A DNA stretch of 42,609 nt from an uncultured Eubacteriales bacterium (GTDB lineage Bacteria > Bacillota_I > Bacilli_A > RFN20 > UBA1709): assembly GCA_964367975.1 (NCBI GenBank), contig CAYIYS010000001.1, positions 1 through 42,609 on the forward strand. The letters run 5' to 3'. The notes beneath the pieces are model-generated. The model saw only the letters and a list, made by a program, of their open reading frames with translations. It was not told the origin of the DNA and ran no database searches. Both the position numbers and the translations under genes were made by a program. Positions 1-8,115 of this stretch are shown here, one piece after another. Numbering within the stretch: the stretch's first letter is position 1; the number at the start of each line of letters is the position of its first letter.

Positions 1-1
1 A

Positions 2-313
2 ACACAAGTTCTGCCCTTTGATAGTGTCAAAGGTTTTCGCCAAGCCATTATAGAAGCCGAAAGAGTAGTAGTGCAAAAAAGAATTCTTGGTGAAGAAGAT
101 GCTAGGGTTTTATCTAACAAACTTAGTCAATTAAAGAAAAACATGATGGTAAAGGTTGTTTATTTCAATGATTTAGAGTATCTTGAATACGTTGGAATTG
201 TAACTAGGGTGGATTTTACGCTTAAAACAGTTACGATTGTCAAAACCAAGATCGCCTTTGAGGATATCTTAGATATCACAAGTGAGGAAATAGTTGAAGT
301 GAATCAACTATAG
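2..313 (+). CDS. YolD-like protein, 5'-truncated by the window edge
   Basis: The frame is open from nt 2 through the GTG at 71 that the ORF track uses. The ..LPFDSVKGF.. motif and the C-terminal V.VVYF...G.V..VD pattern match my memory of the YolD family, which normally follows a Y-family polymerase gene. Confidence 0.5.
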   Translation, partial: TQVLPFDSVKGFRQAIIEAERVVVQKRILGEEDARVLSNKLSQLKKNMMVKVVYFNDLEYLEYVGIVTRVDFTLKTVTIVKTKIAFEDILDITSEEIVEVNQL

Positions 314-324
314 AAAGGGTAAAG

Positions 325-1014
325 ATGAAAGTATTACTAATTAATGGATCAGTTAATAAAGAAAAGAGTACGACCTTACAAATTGCGAATGCCTTTATTA
401 AAGGATTAGATGAGACAGTCGAAGTAGTTAACACAATTGATTTAAAGATGGAGCAAAGCATAGCTTGCTACACTAGCTGGATTAAAGGCCAAGAGTGCGC
501 GCTCAAAGATGATGCAACAGAAGTCTTGTGTCAGATTAAAAAGGCCGATTTAGTTATTTGGGCAGTTCCGCTTTATGCCTATGGAGCGCCAGGACATGTT
601 AAAACATTAATGGATAGAACCATGAGTTTAAATCAACCAGAGATGTATCTTAAAGAGGGCATGGCCCATTACTATGGTTATGAAGATGGTTCCAAAAAAA
701 CCGTCCTTATTTCTAGTGGGGCATTACCAGACTTGAAAGGCAATTTTGATGGTCTCACTTTTGAATTTAAAAGAATGTTTGGTGAAAAAACCTTCACTAT
801 TTGTTGTCCCGCTTCTGCCTTGTTTAGCGACCTTAACAGCAAACCAATAATTGCTAAGTATTTGGCGTTGGTGGAACAAGCCGGGCAAGAATATCGCGAA
901 AATTTTGCAGTCAGCAAAGAGATTAGAAGCGAGTTAAATAAACCCCTTATTGATAAGGGAAAATATATTAAATTAGTTAATGAAATGATTGCTCGTCTCA
1001 AGCAAGAGAACTAA
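325..1014 (+). CDS. flavodoxin-like fold NAD(P)H-dependent FMN reductase family protein
   Basis: 229 aa. The MKVLLINGS start and the ADLVIWAVPLY segment are typical of the NADPH-dependent FMN reductase family. A purine-rich RBS lies upstream. Confidence 0.6.
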   Translation: MKVLLINGSVNKEKSTTLQIANAFIKGLDETVEVVNTIDLKMEQSIACYTSWIKGQECALKDDATEVLCQIKKADLVIWAVPLYAYGAPGHVKTLMDRTMSLNQPEMYLKEGMAHYYGYEDGSKKTVLISSGALPDLKGNFDGLTFEFKRMFGEKTFTICCPASALFSDLNSKPIIAKYLALVEQAGQEYRENFAVSKEIRSELNKPLIDKGKYIKLVNEMIARLKQEN

Positions 1015-1016
1015 AT

Positions 1017-1766
1017 ATGGAAAAGTATCAAGATATTAACGCTAAAACAATTGATAGTTGGAATAAAGAGGGTTGGCAATGGGGCAAACCCATCAGCCAT
1101 GCAGAATATGTTAAAGCCCTGCAAGGGGAATTTAATGTTTTGTTAACACCCACCAAGTTTGTTCCCTCTACTTGGTTTTTACCATTCAAAGGGTTGAAAC
1201 TATTAGGTCTAGCTTCGGGTGGAGGACAACAAATGCCAATCTTTGCTGCTTTAGGGGCTGAGTGTATAGTTTTTGATTATTCCCTTTCACAATTAGAAAG
1301 CGAAGAGATGGTAGCTAAAAGAGAAGGTTACAACATAACAATTATACGGGGTGATATGTCGCAACCATTACCTTTCAAAGATGGTGAGTTTGATTTCGTT
1401 TTCAATCCAGTCTCAACTTGCTATATCCAAGATGTTAAGCCTTTATTTAAAGAGGTTTATCGTATCCTACGGAAGGGTGGAGTATTTGTAGCTGGATTTG
1501 ACAATGGTATTAATTATTTATTTAGTGAAGATGAAACTAGAATCGAGAACGTTTTACCATATAATCCTTTAAAGAATAAAAAGCAATATGCTCAAGCGAT
1601 GCAAACTAATGATGGCATTCAATTCTCTCACACTTTGGAAGAATTAATTGGTGGACAATTAGAGGCCGGCTTCACTTTGACCGACATTTTTGAAGATACT
1701 AATGGTGAAGGAATGTTACATGAGCATAACGTCAAATCATTCATTGCAACTAGATGTGTTAAATAG
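1017..1766 (+). CDS. class I SAM-dependent methyltransferase
   Basis: Motif I LLGLASGGGQQ and the acidic loop VFDYS are present. The start lies 2 nt after the upstream stop. Confidence 0.7.
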   Translation: MEKYQDINAKTIDSWNKEGWQWGKPISHAEYVKALQGEFNVLLTPTKFVPSTWFLPFKGLKLLGLASGGGQQMPIFAALGAECIVFDYSLSQLESEEMVAKREGYNITIIRGDMSQPLPFKDGEFDFVFNPVSTCYIQDVKPLFKEVYRILRKGGVFVAGFDNGINYLFSEDETRIENVLPYNPLKNKKQYAQAMQTNDGIQFSHTLEELIGGQLEAGFTLTDIFEDTNGEGMLHEHNVKSFIATRCVK

Positions 1767-1793
1767 TAAAATAAAGTATATTGGAGGGATAGA

Positions 1794-2372
1794 ATGAAAA
1801 AGTTTTTTAATGAGTACAAAAAGTTTATTTCAAGAGGAAATGTAATCGATCTAGCGGTTGGTGTTGTAATAGGTGGAGCTTTCACCAAAATTGTGAATAG
1901 TTTAGTTAGCGGAATCATCATGCCGCTTATTTCTTTAGTTGTTGGGGGAAATGATGTCACTGATTGGAAATGGGTGATTAAAGAAGCTGTATATAATCTG
2001 GAAACCAACCAAATTGAAACAGCAGAAATTGCTTTCAACTATGGGCTTTTCATTCAATCGGTTATTGATTTTCTGATCATTGGTTTTATTGTTTTCTTAT
2101 TTGTTAAAGCCATTAATACCGTTAAAGAAGCGGCTGAAGAATCTACCAAGAAATTAGAAGAAGTTAGAATTGAGGCTTTGAAAAAAATGGGTCAATATGT
2201 TGAAACTCAACCGACTGAAGAACCAGCTCTTGAACCAGCACCAGAGCCAGCACCAGAGCCAGCTCCTGCTCCAGCGCCAGCGCCAATTCCGGCAAGTGAG
2301 AAAATATTAATAGAGATCAGAGATTTACTAAAAGAACAACAAAAAGGTAACCAAAAAACAGGAGATAAATAA
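1794..2372 (+). CDS. mscL: large-conductance mechanosensitive channel MscL with a long Pro/Ala-repeat linker
   Basis: The N-terminus [20 protein letters not shown] is the MscL signature and the C-terminal helix is [13 protein letters not shown]. At 192 aa it exceeds the usual 120-150 aa. RBS GGAGGG. Confidence 0.85.
   Translation: MKKFFNEYKKFISRGNVIDLAVGVVIGGAFTKIVNSLVSGIIMPLISLVVGGNDVTDWKWVIKEAVYNLETNQIETAEIAFNYGLFIQSVIDFLIIGFIVFLFVKAINTVKEAAEESTKKLEEVRIEALKKMGQYVETQPTEEPALEPAPEPAPEPAPAPAPAPIPASEKILIEIRDLLKEQQKGNQKTGDK
2219..2293 (+). repeat. in-frame GC-rich tandem short repeat (CCAGAGCCAGCA / CCAGCG units) encoding [25 protein letters not shown] inside mscL
   Basis: The repeat is read directly. 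Its composition contrasts with the AT-rich surroundings. Confidence 0.8.
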
Positions 2373-2389
2373 TCATTTATCTCTTTTTT
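2362..2389 (+). terminator. intrinsic terminator of mscL
   Basis: GAGATAAAT-AATC-ATTTATCTC hairpin overlapping the stop codon, followed by T6. Confidence 0.7.
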
Positions 2390-2421
2390 ATGGTATGATA
2401 TTAAAAAGAGGTGTCTTATCA

Positions 2422-2988
2422 ATGGCAAAAAATATGTTGGTAATAGTTGATATGGTTAATGGCTTTGTTAAGAAAGGCGCACTAGCTGATCCTACAATTA
2501 ACAAAATTACGCCGAATATTATTACCTTGCTTGAAACCTCCATAGCAGCACAAGATACTATTGTGTTTTTTAAAGATGAACACCAAGTAAATGATAAAGA
2601 ATTTGCTTTGTATCCACCACATTGTATTAAGGGTAGCCAAGAGGCTGAAATCATTGATGAACTAAAGTCATATCAACACTATGGTATAGTAATTTCTAAA
2701 GATACCACCAATGGGTTTGTGACTAAAGCTTTTCAAGATTTAATTAGTAAAAATGTTTATGATAGTATTATTGTAACAGGTTGTTGTACTGATATTTGCG
2801 TTCTCAATTTTACTAGTAGTCTCCAACAATATATTAATGAGCAACAACTAGCCACCAAAATTAGAGTTATTGAAAGTTGTGTTGCCACTTTTGATGGCCC
2901 AAATCATAGTGCGTCCAAAGAGCATAATCGAGCTTTAATCAAAATGCAAGCAAGCGGCATCGATGTCGTTACTAAAGAGGAAATATAA
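2422..2988 (+). CDS. pncA: nicotinamidase / isochorismatase-family hydrolase
   Basis: VIVDMVNGF (Asp) and TGCCTDICV (catalytic Cys) motifs, immediately upstream of pncB. I prefer the ATG at 2422 (AAAGAGG RBS at 2405-2411) because the ORF-track ATG at 2395 sits inside a TGGTATGAT extended -10. Confidence 0.7.
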   Translation: MAKNMLVIVDMVNGFVKKGALADPTINKITPNIITLLETSIAAQDTIVFFKDEHQVNDKEFALYPPHCIKGSQEAEIIDELKSYQHYGIVISKDTTNGFVTKAFQDLISKNVYDSIIVTGCCTDICVLNFTSSLQQYINEQQLATKIRVIESCVATFDGPNHSASKEHNRALIKMQASGIDVVTKEEI

Positions 2989-2990
2989 TC

Positions 2991-4409
2991 ATGGATAATT
3001 TAATCATGGATTTTTATGAATTGACAATGGGGCAAGCCTATTTCAATGCTGGTGTTAAAAATAAAATAGCCTATTTTGATGTCTTTTTTAGAAATGTTCC
3101 AGATAAAGGCAGTTTTGTTATTGCATCCGGGATTAACAAAGCTTTACAATATCTTGCTCAATTTCATTTTAGTGAAAGTGATATCGCTTATTTAAGCTCT
3201 TTGAATAAATTCTCAAAAGAGTATATTGATTATCTTTCAACTTTAAGCTTTACCGGTGATGTTTATGCGGTTGAAGAAGGGACAGTAGTCTTACCAAATG
3301 AACCAGTTATTACCATTAGAGCGCCCATTATTGAAGCTCAATTAGTTGAAACTTATCTCTTGTTATTGTTTAATCACAATAGTTTAATTACAACTAAAGC
3401 TAGTCGAATAGTTCGGGCGGCTAAAGGCCGAGCAGTAATGGAATTTGGGACGAGAAGAGCCCAAGGCGAAACAGCAGCGGTTGAAGGAGCTTTTGATACT
3501 ATTATGGCGGGAGTAAAGGGCACAGCTTGTACCCAAACAGGTAAGTTATATGGTGTGGCAGTATTGGGTACGATGGCGCATGGGTTCATTCAATCGTTTG
3601 CGAGCGAATATGAAGCTTTTAAAGCTTATGCTTTGGCTTTTCCTGATGATTGTACTTTACTTGTGGATACTTACAATACCTTAAAAGATGGTGTTCCAAA
3701 TGCCATCAAAACTTATCATGAAGTCTTGCGTCCAATGGGCAAAAAACTCAAAGGCATTAGAATCGATAGTGGGGATTTAGCTTACTTATCCAAGAATGCT
3801 AGAAGTATGTTAGATCAAGCGGGTTGTCAAGATACCAAGATTATAGTATCTAACTCGTTAGATGAGAAAGTTATCGAATCCTTACTAAATCAAGATGCTG
3901 CAATAGATAGTTTTGGAGTGGGCGAAAAAATGATTACTGCCAAAAGTGACGCCATTCTAGGCGGCGTCTATAAACTAGTGGCAATTGAAGAAAATGGCGT
4001 TATTTGTCCGCGTATTAAGATTAGTGACAATATCGAAAAAATTACTAATCCTCACTTTAAAAAGATTTATCGAATTTATGATAATAATAAGATGTTCATT
4101 TCGGATATTATCAGTGTTTATGATGAACCTCTACCAAGTGGTAGATTGGTCTTGCAAGATCCTGATTTACCTTGGGTCACCAAAGAGGTCAATGAATATG
4201 CAGTTCGCGAACTGCGACTCCAAATGATCAAGAATGGGCAATTAATTTATAAAATTCCTGATTTTGCAAGTATTAAACAATATGTGCAAGATGAATTGGC
4301 CACCTTATGGCCAGAAGCTAAACGTTTAGAGAATCCCCAAACCTTTATTGTTAACTTATCAGATAAGTTATATGAGATAAAACAAAAATTACTAATAGCG
4401 GCGAAATAA
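2991..4409 (+). CDS. pncB: nicotinate phosphoribosyltransferase
   Basis: 472 aa. The DFYELTMGQAYF N-terminus and the EFGTRRAQG and GTMAHGFIQSF motifs are typical of PncB. Confidence 0.85.
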   Translation: MDNLIMDFYELTMGQAYFNAGVKNKIAYFDVFFRNVPDKGSFVIASGINKALQYLAQFHFSESDIAYLSSLNKFSKEYIDYLSTLSFTGDVYAVEEGTVVLPNEPVITIRAPIIEAQLVETYLLLLFNHNSLITTKASRIVRAAKGRAVMEFGTRRAQGETAAVEGAFDTIMAGVKGTACTQTGKLYGVAVLGTMAHGFIQSFASEYEAFKAYALAFPDDCTLLVDTYNTLKDGVPNAIKTYHEVLRPMGKKLKGIRIDSGDLAYLSKNARSMLDQAGCQDTKIIVSNSLDEKVIESLLNQDAAIDSFGVGEKMITAKSDAILGGVYKLVAIEENGVICPRIKISDNIEKITNPHFKKIYRIYDNNKMFISDIISVYDEPLPSGRLVLQDPDLPWVTKEVNEYAVRELRLQMIKNGQLIYKIPDFASIKQYVQDELATLWPEAKRLENPQTFIVNLSDKLYEIKQKLLIAAK

Positions 4410-4540
4410 ATTTATACTTAGAAAAAGTTATGATGAATACGAGCAACTTCACTCTAGTGCTTAGTCTAAAATTACAAATCAGAGAGTCTTTACTTGTATA
4501 TATCATCATACATTATTAAAGAGGCGAAATTAAATAAATT

Positions 4541-5329
4541 ATGGGAAATGTTGGATTAGCTATCTTATTAACAGCGTTAGCGGGACTAGCAACTTGTGTT
4601 GGCAGTCTAATTGCTTTGTTCCCAAAAGCCGGCAACAAAAAAGTCTTGTCATTTAGCTTGGGCTTCTCAGCGGGAGTAATGATTTATGTTTCTTTCGTTG
4701 AACTTTTCAAAGAAGCCAATGAATTACTTGGCAATGTTCATGGCGAAAAAACCGGGCTTTTATTCACTATTCTAGCCTTTTTTGTAGGGATGATAGTTAC
4801 AGGAATTATTGAGCGTATTATTCCAACAAAAGATGAAAATGAACAACAACCAAAGACCCCAGAAGATAAAAAGAAGGCGACTTTATTGCGCTCCGGGTTT
4901 TTAACTGCCTGTGCTGTGGCAATTCATAATCTGCCTGAAGGTATGGCTACATTTGTTGCAGCGATGCAATCGATGGAAATAGCTATTCCAGTTGTTATTG
5001 CCGTCGCTATCCATAATATTCCAATCGGTATGTCAATATCGGCTCCAGTTTATTATGCGACCAACAACAAAAAGAAGGCTTTGCTTTATGCCTTCTTAAC
5101 GAGTTTGGTTTTACCACTTGGGGCCATTCTTTGTTACTTATTACTTATGCCATATATGAATGATACTATTTATGGTTTGATGTATGCTTTTGTCGCAGGT
5201 GTCATGATTTTCGTTTCAATCGATGAATTATTACCGGCTTCAAGAGAATATGGTGATTCACATTTATCCACCTATGGATTGATTGCGGGCATGATTGTGA
5301 TGGCCTTGTGTTTGTGGATATTTATTTAA
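4541..5329 (+). CDS. zupT: ZIP-family zinc transporter ZupT
   Basis: 262 aa, polytopic. It has paired HNLPEG / HNIPIG motifs. Confidence 0.8.
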   Translation: MGNVGLAILLTALAGLATCVGSLIALFPKAGNKKVLSFSLGFSAGVMIYVSFVELFKEANELLGNVHGEKTGLLFTILAFFVGMIVTGIIERIIPTKDENEQQPKTPEDKKKATLLRSGFLTACAVAIHNLPEGMATFVAAMQSMEIAIPVVIAVAIHNIPIGMSISAPVYYATNNKKKALLYAFLTSLVLPLGAILCYLLLMPYMNDTIYGLMYAFVAGVMIFVSIDELLPASREYGDSHLSTYGLIAGMIVMALCLWIFI

Positions 5330-5457
5330 CCGAAAGCTAATTTCAATTTTTTGTTAAATCACGTCATAATGGAGTATGATTATAGCGAAAAATAGCAACA
5401 AGAACTTATTATGCTTGGTAAACCAGTCTCGTCCATTAAAGAAAGAGAGGAAAACAA

Positions 5458-6318
5458 ATGAATAGCAACTCTGCACAGGATATTTTGATTACTGACAAAA
5501 TCAACATTCTGGTAACCTTTGATAAAAATTATATCAAACCTTTTCGGGTTATGCTGGCCTCGTTGGTCATCAACAATTCTCAAGAGAAGTTTCACATTTG
5601 GTTACTTCATAGTGCCATTCCCCAGGAGGATTTAGACAATCTTTTAGAATATTGTAAGACCTGGGGAGTAGAACTGTTTGCAATTGAGGTGGAGCGTTCC
5701 GTCTTTGAAAATGCAGTCGTTTCAAAGCAATATCCGCAGGAAATGTATTACCGCTTATTAGCAACACTCCTGCTGCCAAAAGACTTGAATAAGGTGCTCT
5801 ATCTTGACCCAGATATCTTGGTCATTAATTCGGTGCGTCCGCTGTGGGAGAGACAACTAGGAGAATTCACCTTTGCCGCCGCTTCTCATAGACGTGTGAT
5901 TAAAGCAATTGACAAAATAAACCAGATTCGCTTAGAAAATGAGCATGATTATTTTAATACTGGCGTTATTTTGATGGATTTAAATAAAGCCCGTCAGCTT
6001 GTCAAAGCGGATGATGTTTATGACTGTGTGAGGAAAAGATCTAAAACATTGATTTTGCCAGATCAAGATGTTTTTAATGTTTTGTATGGCAAATATACAT
6101 TGAATGTTCCAGACAATATTTGGAATTATGATGCCCGCCGCTTTCTCATATATTTGGGGATTAGCGATGGAGTATTTGATATGAATTGGGTGATGCAAAA
6201 CACGGTGTTTTTACACTTCTGTGGCAAGCAAAAACCTTGGAAAGCCAAATACTACACCGAGCATTATAACCAGTTTTCTGCACTGTATAAGCATTATATG
6301 AAACTTGCGGAAAAATAA
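5458..6318 (+). CDS. glycosyltransferase family 8 (GspA/LPS glucosyltransferase-like)
   Basis: YLDPDILV (DxD), NTGVILMDL and HFCGKQKPW motifs. GC and codon choice are visibly richer than in neighbouring genes. Confidence 0.75.
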   Translation: MNSNSAQDILITDKINILVTFDKNYIKPFRVMLASLVINNSQEKFHIWLLHSAIPQEDLDNLLEYCKTWGVELFAIEVERSVFENAVVSKQYPQEMYYRLLATLLLPKDLNKVLYLDPDILVINSVRPLWERQLGEFTFAAASHRRVIKAIDKINQIRLENEHDYFNTGVILMDLNKARQLVKADDVYDCVRKRSKTLILPDQDVFNVLYGKYTLNVPDNIWNYDARRFLIYLGISDGVFDMNWVMQNTVFLHFCGKQKPWKAKYYTEHYNQFSALYKHYMKLAEK

Positions 6319-6513
6319 AATAATTTCAAATTCCATAATCTGACTATCTATTAAGAGTCGAAAAAGGGCGGGGTTTAGTGTGCAGCATTGCACAAGCCAT
6401 GCGCATAAATAGTCACTAAAAAAACAATCTTCATACTGATACAATTAAAACGTTATGACTAACACAACTAGTAAATTATGTAAGATTTTAACTTGCTCTC
6501 TTCTTGACGCTTT

Positions 6514-7899
6514 TTAATCGTTTTGCATGGCGTCTTCTAGATCATGGTAGAAGGTTATTGTATAATCTAAGTCTTTCGAATTAAATAAATATTTATCGTT
6601 TTCCTTTGTTTGCAAATAAATAAATGCTGAAATGGTAGGATTAATGCACAATTCTATATTTCCCGTTGAGGGGGAAGAGTAGTGACCTTTTTTTAGATTT
6701 GGTAGAGCCGTTCCCATCACTCTTTTGAGGTTATCAGGAAGTTTATCTTGAAGTTCAATGGTCTCGATGCTGGCAAGAGAAATCTCATATTTTTTGAAGC
6801 CGCTGCTAACTATCAATTCATTATTTACTAACTCGAGTTGAGTTGGTTTATCCGCTAAAGAGATGGATAAAGGACCAATGAAGGGAATAATTAATAAAAG
6901 CAATACTATAAAGCCCATGATGAGTTGATTGCTTTTCTTGGCCATATTGAGGGAAACATTAACACCAATTCTTTCATTTATCATGCCGTGAGAGTCATGG
7001 GGATTATAATAGAAAATACCCCAAATCCAATAATCATCTTCATCAATTACAACGGGTTGCCCACTATTAGCGGTTAATTTTTCTTGAATATGTCTGGTAT
7101 TAATTTCGACGCGAATGACAAAGACACATAAGATAAATGATAACAGCAAAAGCGCAACCATTTGCCATTCAGGAGATGATTTAAAGACAAAAAATGCGAT
7201 ATTAATTAAAGCCATACAATAGGCAGAGACAATCCAAACAAGCGACCAGTTACGTTTTCTAACTTGGCTTAAAGCCAGCGATAATTCAAGATTGTCATCA
7301 ACGATTTCTGGCTTTTTTTGATAAAGAAAACGATAGATAAAGAAGAAGATTATGATAGCGAGAGCGTCAATTATATAGATGATCGATAATTCGGGTTGAG
7401 CGATTAAGGGGGCTAGTGCAATAACTAAGGGAACAACAAAACCCCAAGGCGACATCCATTTTTGGTTGGGTAATGAAACTTCAATTAAAGATTGTCCCGG
7501 CATTGATCGTTTCCAGCCTCTTTCTACTTTGATCCTTTTTAAATCTTTATTACATTTTGCGTAAGGAATATAAGGAATAATGATACATGGGATAAGCCAC
7601 GCTCCCCAGAGAATAAACATGAGATTAAAAGAAGTAATGAAGACACAGGGGATAGCAATAGCGATTAAAAATATCATAACCCGCAGTTCTTGAAGTTTAA
7701 ACTTGTTCAATCTATCGCTGATTGCTTGATCACTTCTAGCTTCATAAGGGAGAGTTACTCCGACCACAATGTTCTTTTTAAATTTGGCATCATTCCTCAA
7801 TAAGAAACAGATTAAAGGGGCAATCCAAATAATTGATAACCACATTAATACATTAAAAAAAATAGTATCATCTCCTCCAGGTTTATTGTTAACTGTCAT
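6514..7899 (-). CDS. polytopic membrane protein with a C-terminal bacterial PH-like domain
   Basis: 461 aa with about 8 hydrophobic spans. The C-terminal about 110 aa (..LKKGHYSSPSTGNIELCINP..FIYLQTKENDKYLFN) resembles bPH domains. No closer family is recognised. Confidence 0.45.
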   Translation of the reverse strand: MTVNNKPGGDDTIFFNVLMWLSIIWIAPLICFLLRNDAKFKKNIVVGVTLPYEARSDQAISDRLNKFKLQELRVMIFLIAIAIPCVFITSFNLMFILWGAWLIPCIIIPYIPYAKCNKDLKRIKVERGWKRSMPGQSLIEVSLPNQKWMSPWGFVVPLVIALAPLIAQPELSIIYIIDALAIIIFFFIYRFLYQKKPEIVDDNLELSLALSQVRKRNWSLVWIVSAYCMALINIAFFVFKSSPEWQMVALLLLSFILCVFVIRVEINTRHIQEKLTANSGQPVVIDEDDYWIWGIFYYNPHDSHGMINERIGVNVSLNMAKKSNQLIMGFIVLLLLIIPFIGPLSISLADKPTQLELVNNELIVSSGFKKYEISLASIETIELQDKLPDNLKRVMGTALPNLKKGHYSSPSTGNIELCINPTISAFIYLQTKENDKYLFNSKDLDYTITFYHDLEDAMQND

Positions 7900-7946
7900 T
7901 TAAAATATGTCAAGACTAAATTCCTCAAATTTTAATTTAAAATGGT

Positions 7947-7975
7947 TTGATTTTAACAGTTATATACTATATACT
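7947..7975 (+). promoter_or_regulatory. candidate sigma-A promoter for the riboswitch and pump
   Basis: TTGATT, 17 nt, TATACT. The exact transcription start relative to P1 is uncertain. Confidence 0.4.
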
Positions 7976-8073
7976 AAAGAAAGTGGGGAGTAGCAAAACT
8001 ACGTTAAATCGTCATCACGGTTAATAACCCGGTTTAACGATCATAATATTTATGATATTGCAAGACCATGTTC
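7976..8073 (+). promoter_or_regulatory. yybP-ykoY family Mn2+ riboswitch aptamer
   Basis: AAAGUGGGGAGUAGC, a GUAG/CUAC hairpin, CGUUAAA-UCGUCAUCAC-[GGUUA-A-UAACC]-CGG-UUUAACG, a CAUA/UAUG hairpin and a GCAAGACC box. The block order and invariant blocks match the L. lactis Mn2+ riboswitch as I remember it. Confidence 0.85.
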
Positions 8074-8097
8074 AAAGATTTTTGGGCATGTTTTTTT
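8067..8097 (+). terminator. riboswitch expression-platform terminator
   Basis: A 10-bp hairpin CAUGUUCAAA-GAUU-UUUGGGCAUG followed by U7. Its 5' arm overlaps the 3' strand of aptamer P1. Confidence 0.75.
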
Positions 8098-8115
8098 GTT
8101 AATGGAGGGTTAAGT

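Noticed and set aside
2219-2293. The tandem repeat, considered as a CRISPR array or satellite.
   Set aside because: The units are 6-12 nt, in frame and inside mscL, and there are no spacers. It is coding low-complexity sequence.
1628-2428. Antisense ORFs (1628-2038 and 2207-2428, the latter encoding GAGAGAGS repeats). The same class of ORF occurs opposite most genes, for example 678-1001, 8739-9035, 16381-16695, 30175-30498 and 34619-34951.
   Set aside because: These are shadow ORFs on the opposite strand of well-supported genes. They lack RBSs and family resemblance. The Gly/Ala repeat is simply the complement of the MscL Pro/Ala repeat.
3985-4227. Same-strand alternative-frame ORFs inside pncB, the NUDIX fusion (13024-13206) and the cyclophilin gene (27284-27481).
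   Set aside because: They are fully nested in strongly supported frames, and they have no RBS and no recognisable domains.
4430-4519. A 29-codon ORF (MMNTSNFTLVLSLKLQIRESLLVYIIIHY) between pncB and zupT.
   Set aside because: It has no convincing RBS and a non-coding-like composition. The region more likely holds the zupT promoter. I also found no Zur-box-like palindrome strong enough to report.
8068-8115. The ORF-track start of the P-type ATPase at ATG 8068, which adds MFKDFWACFFVNGGLS.
   Set aside because: It lies inside the riboswitch P1/terminator hairpin and upstream of the U7 tract. The ATG at 8116 has a GGAGGG RBS and gives the canonical ATPase N-terminus.
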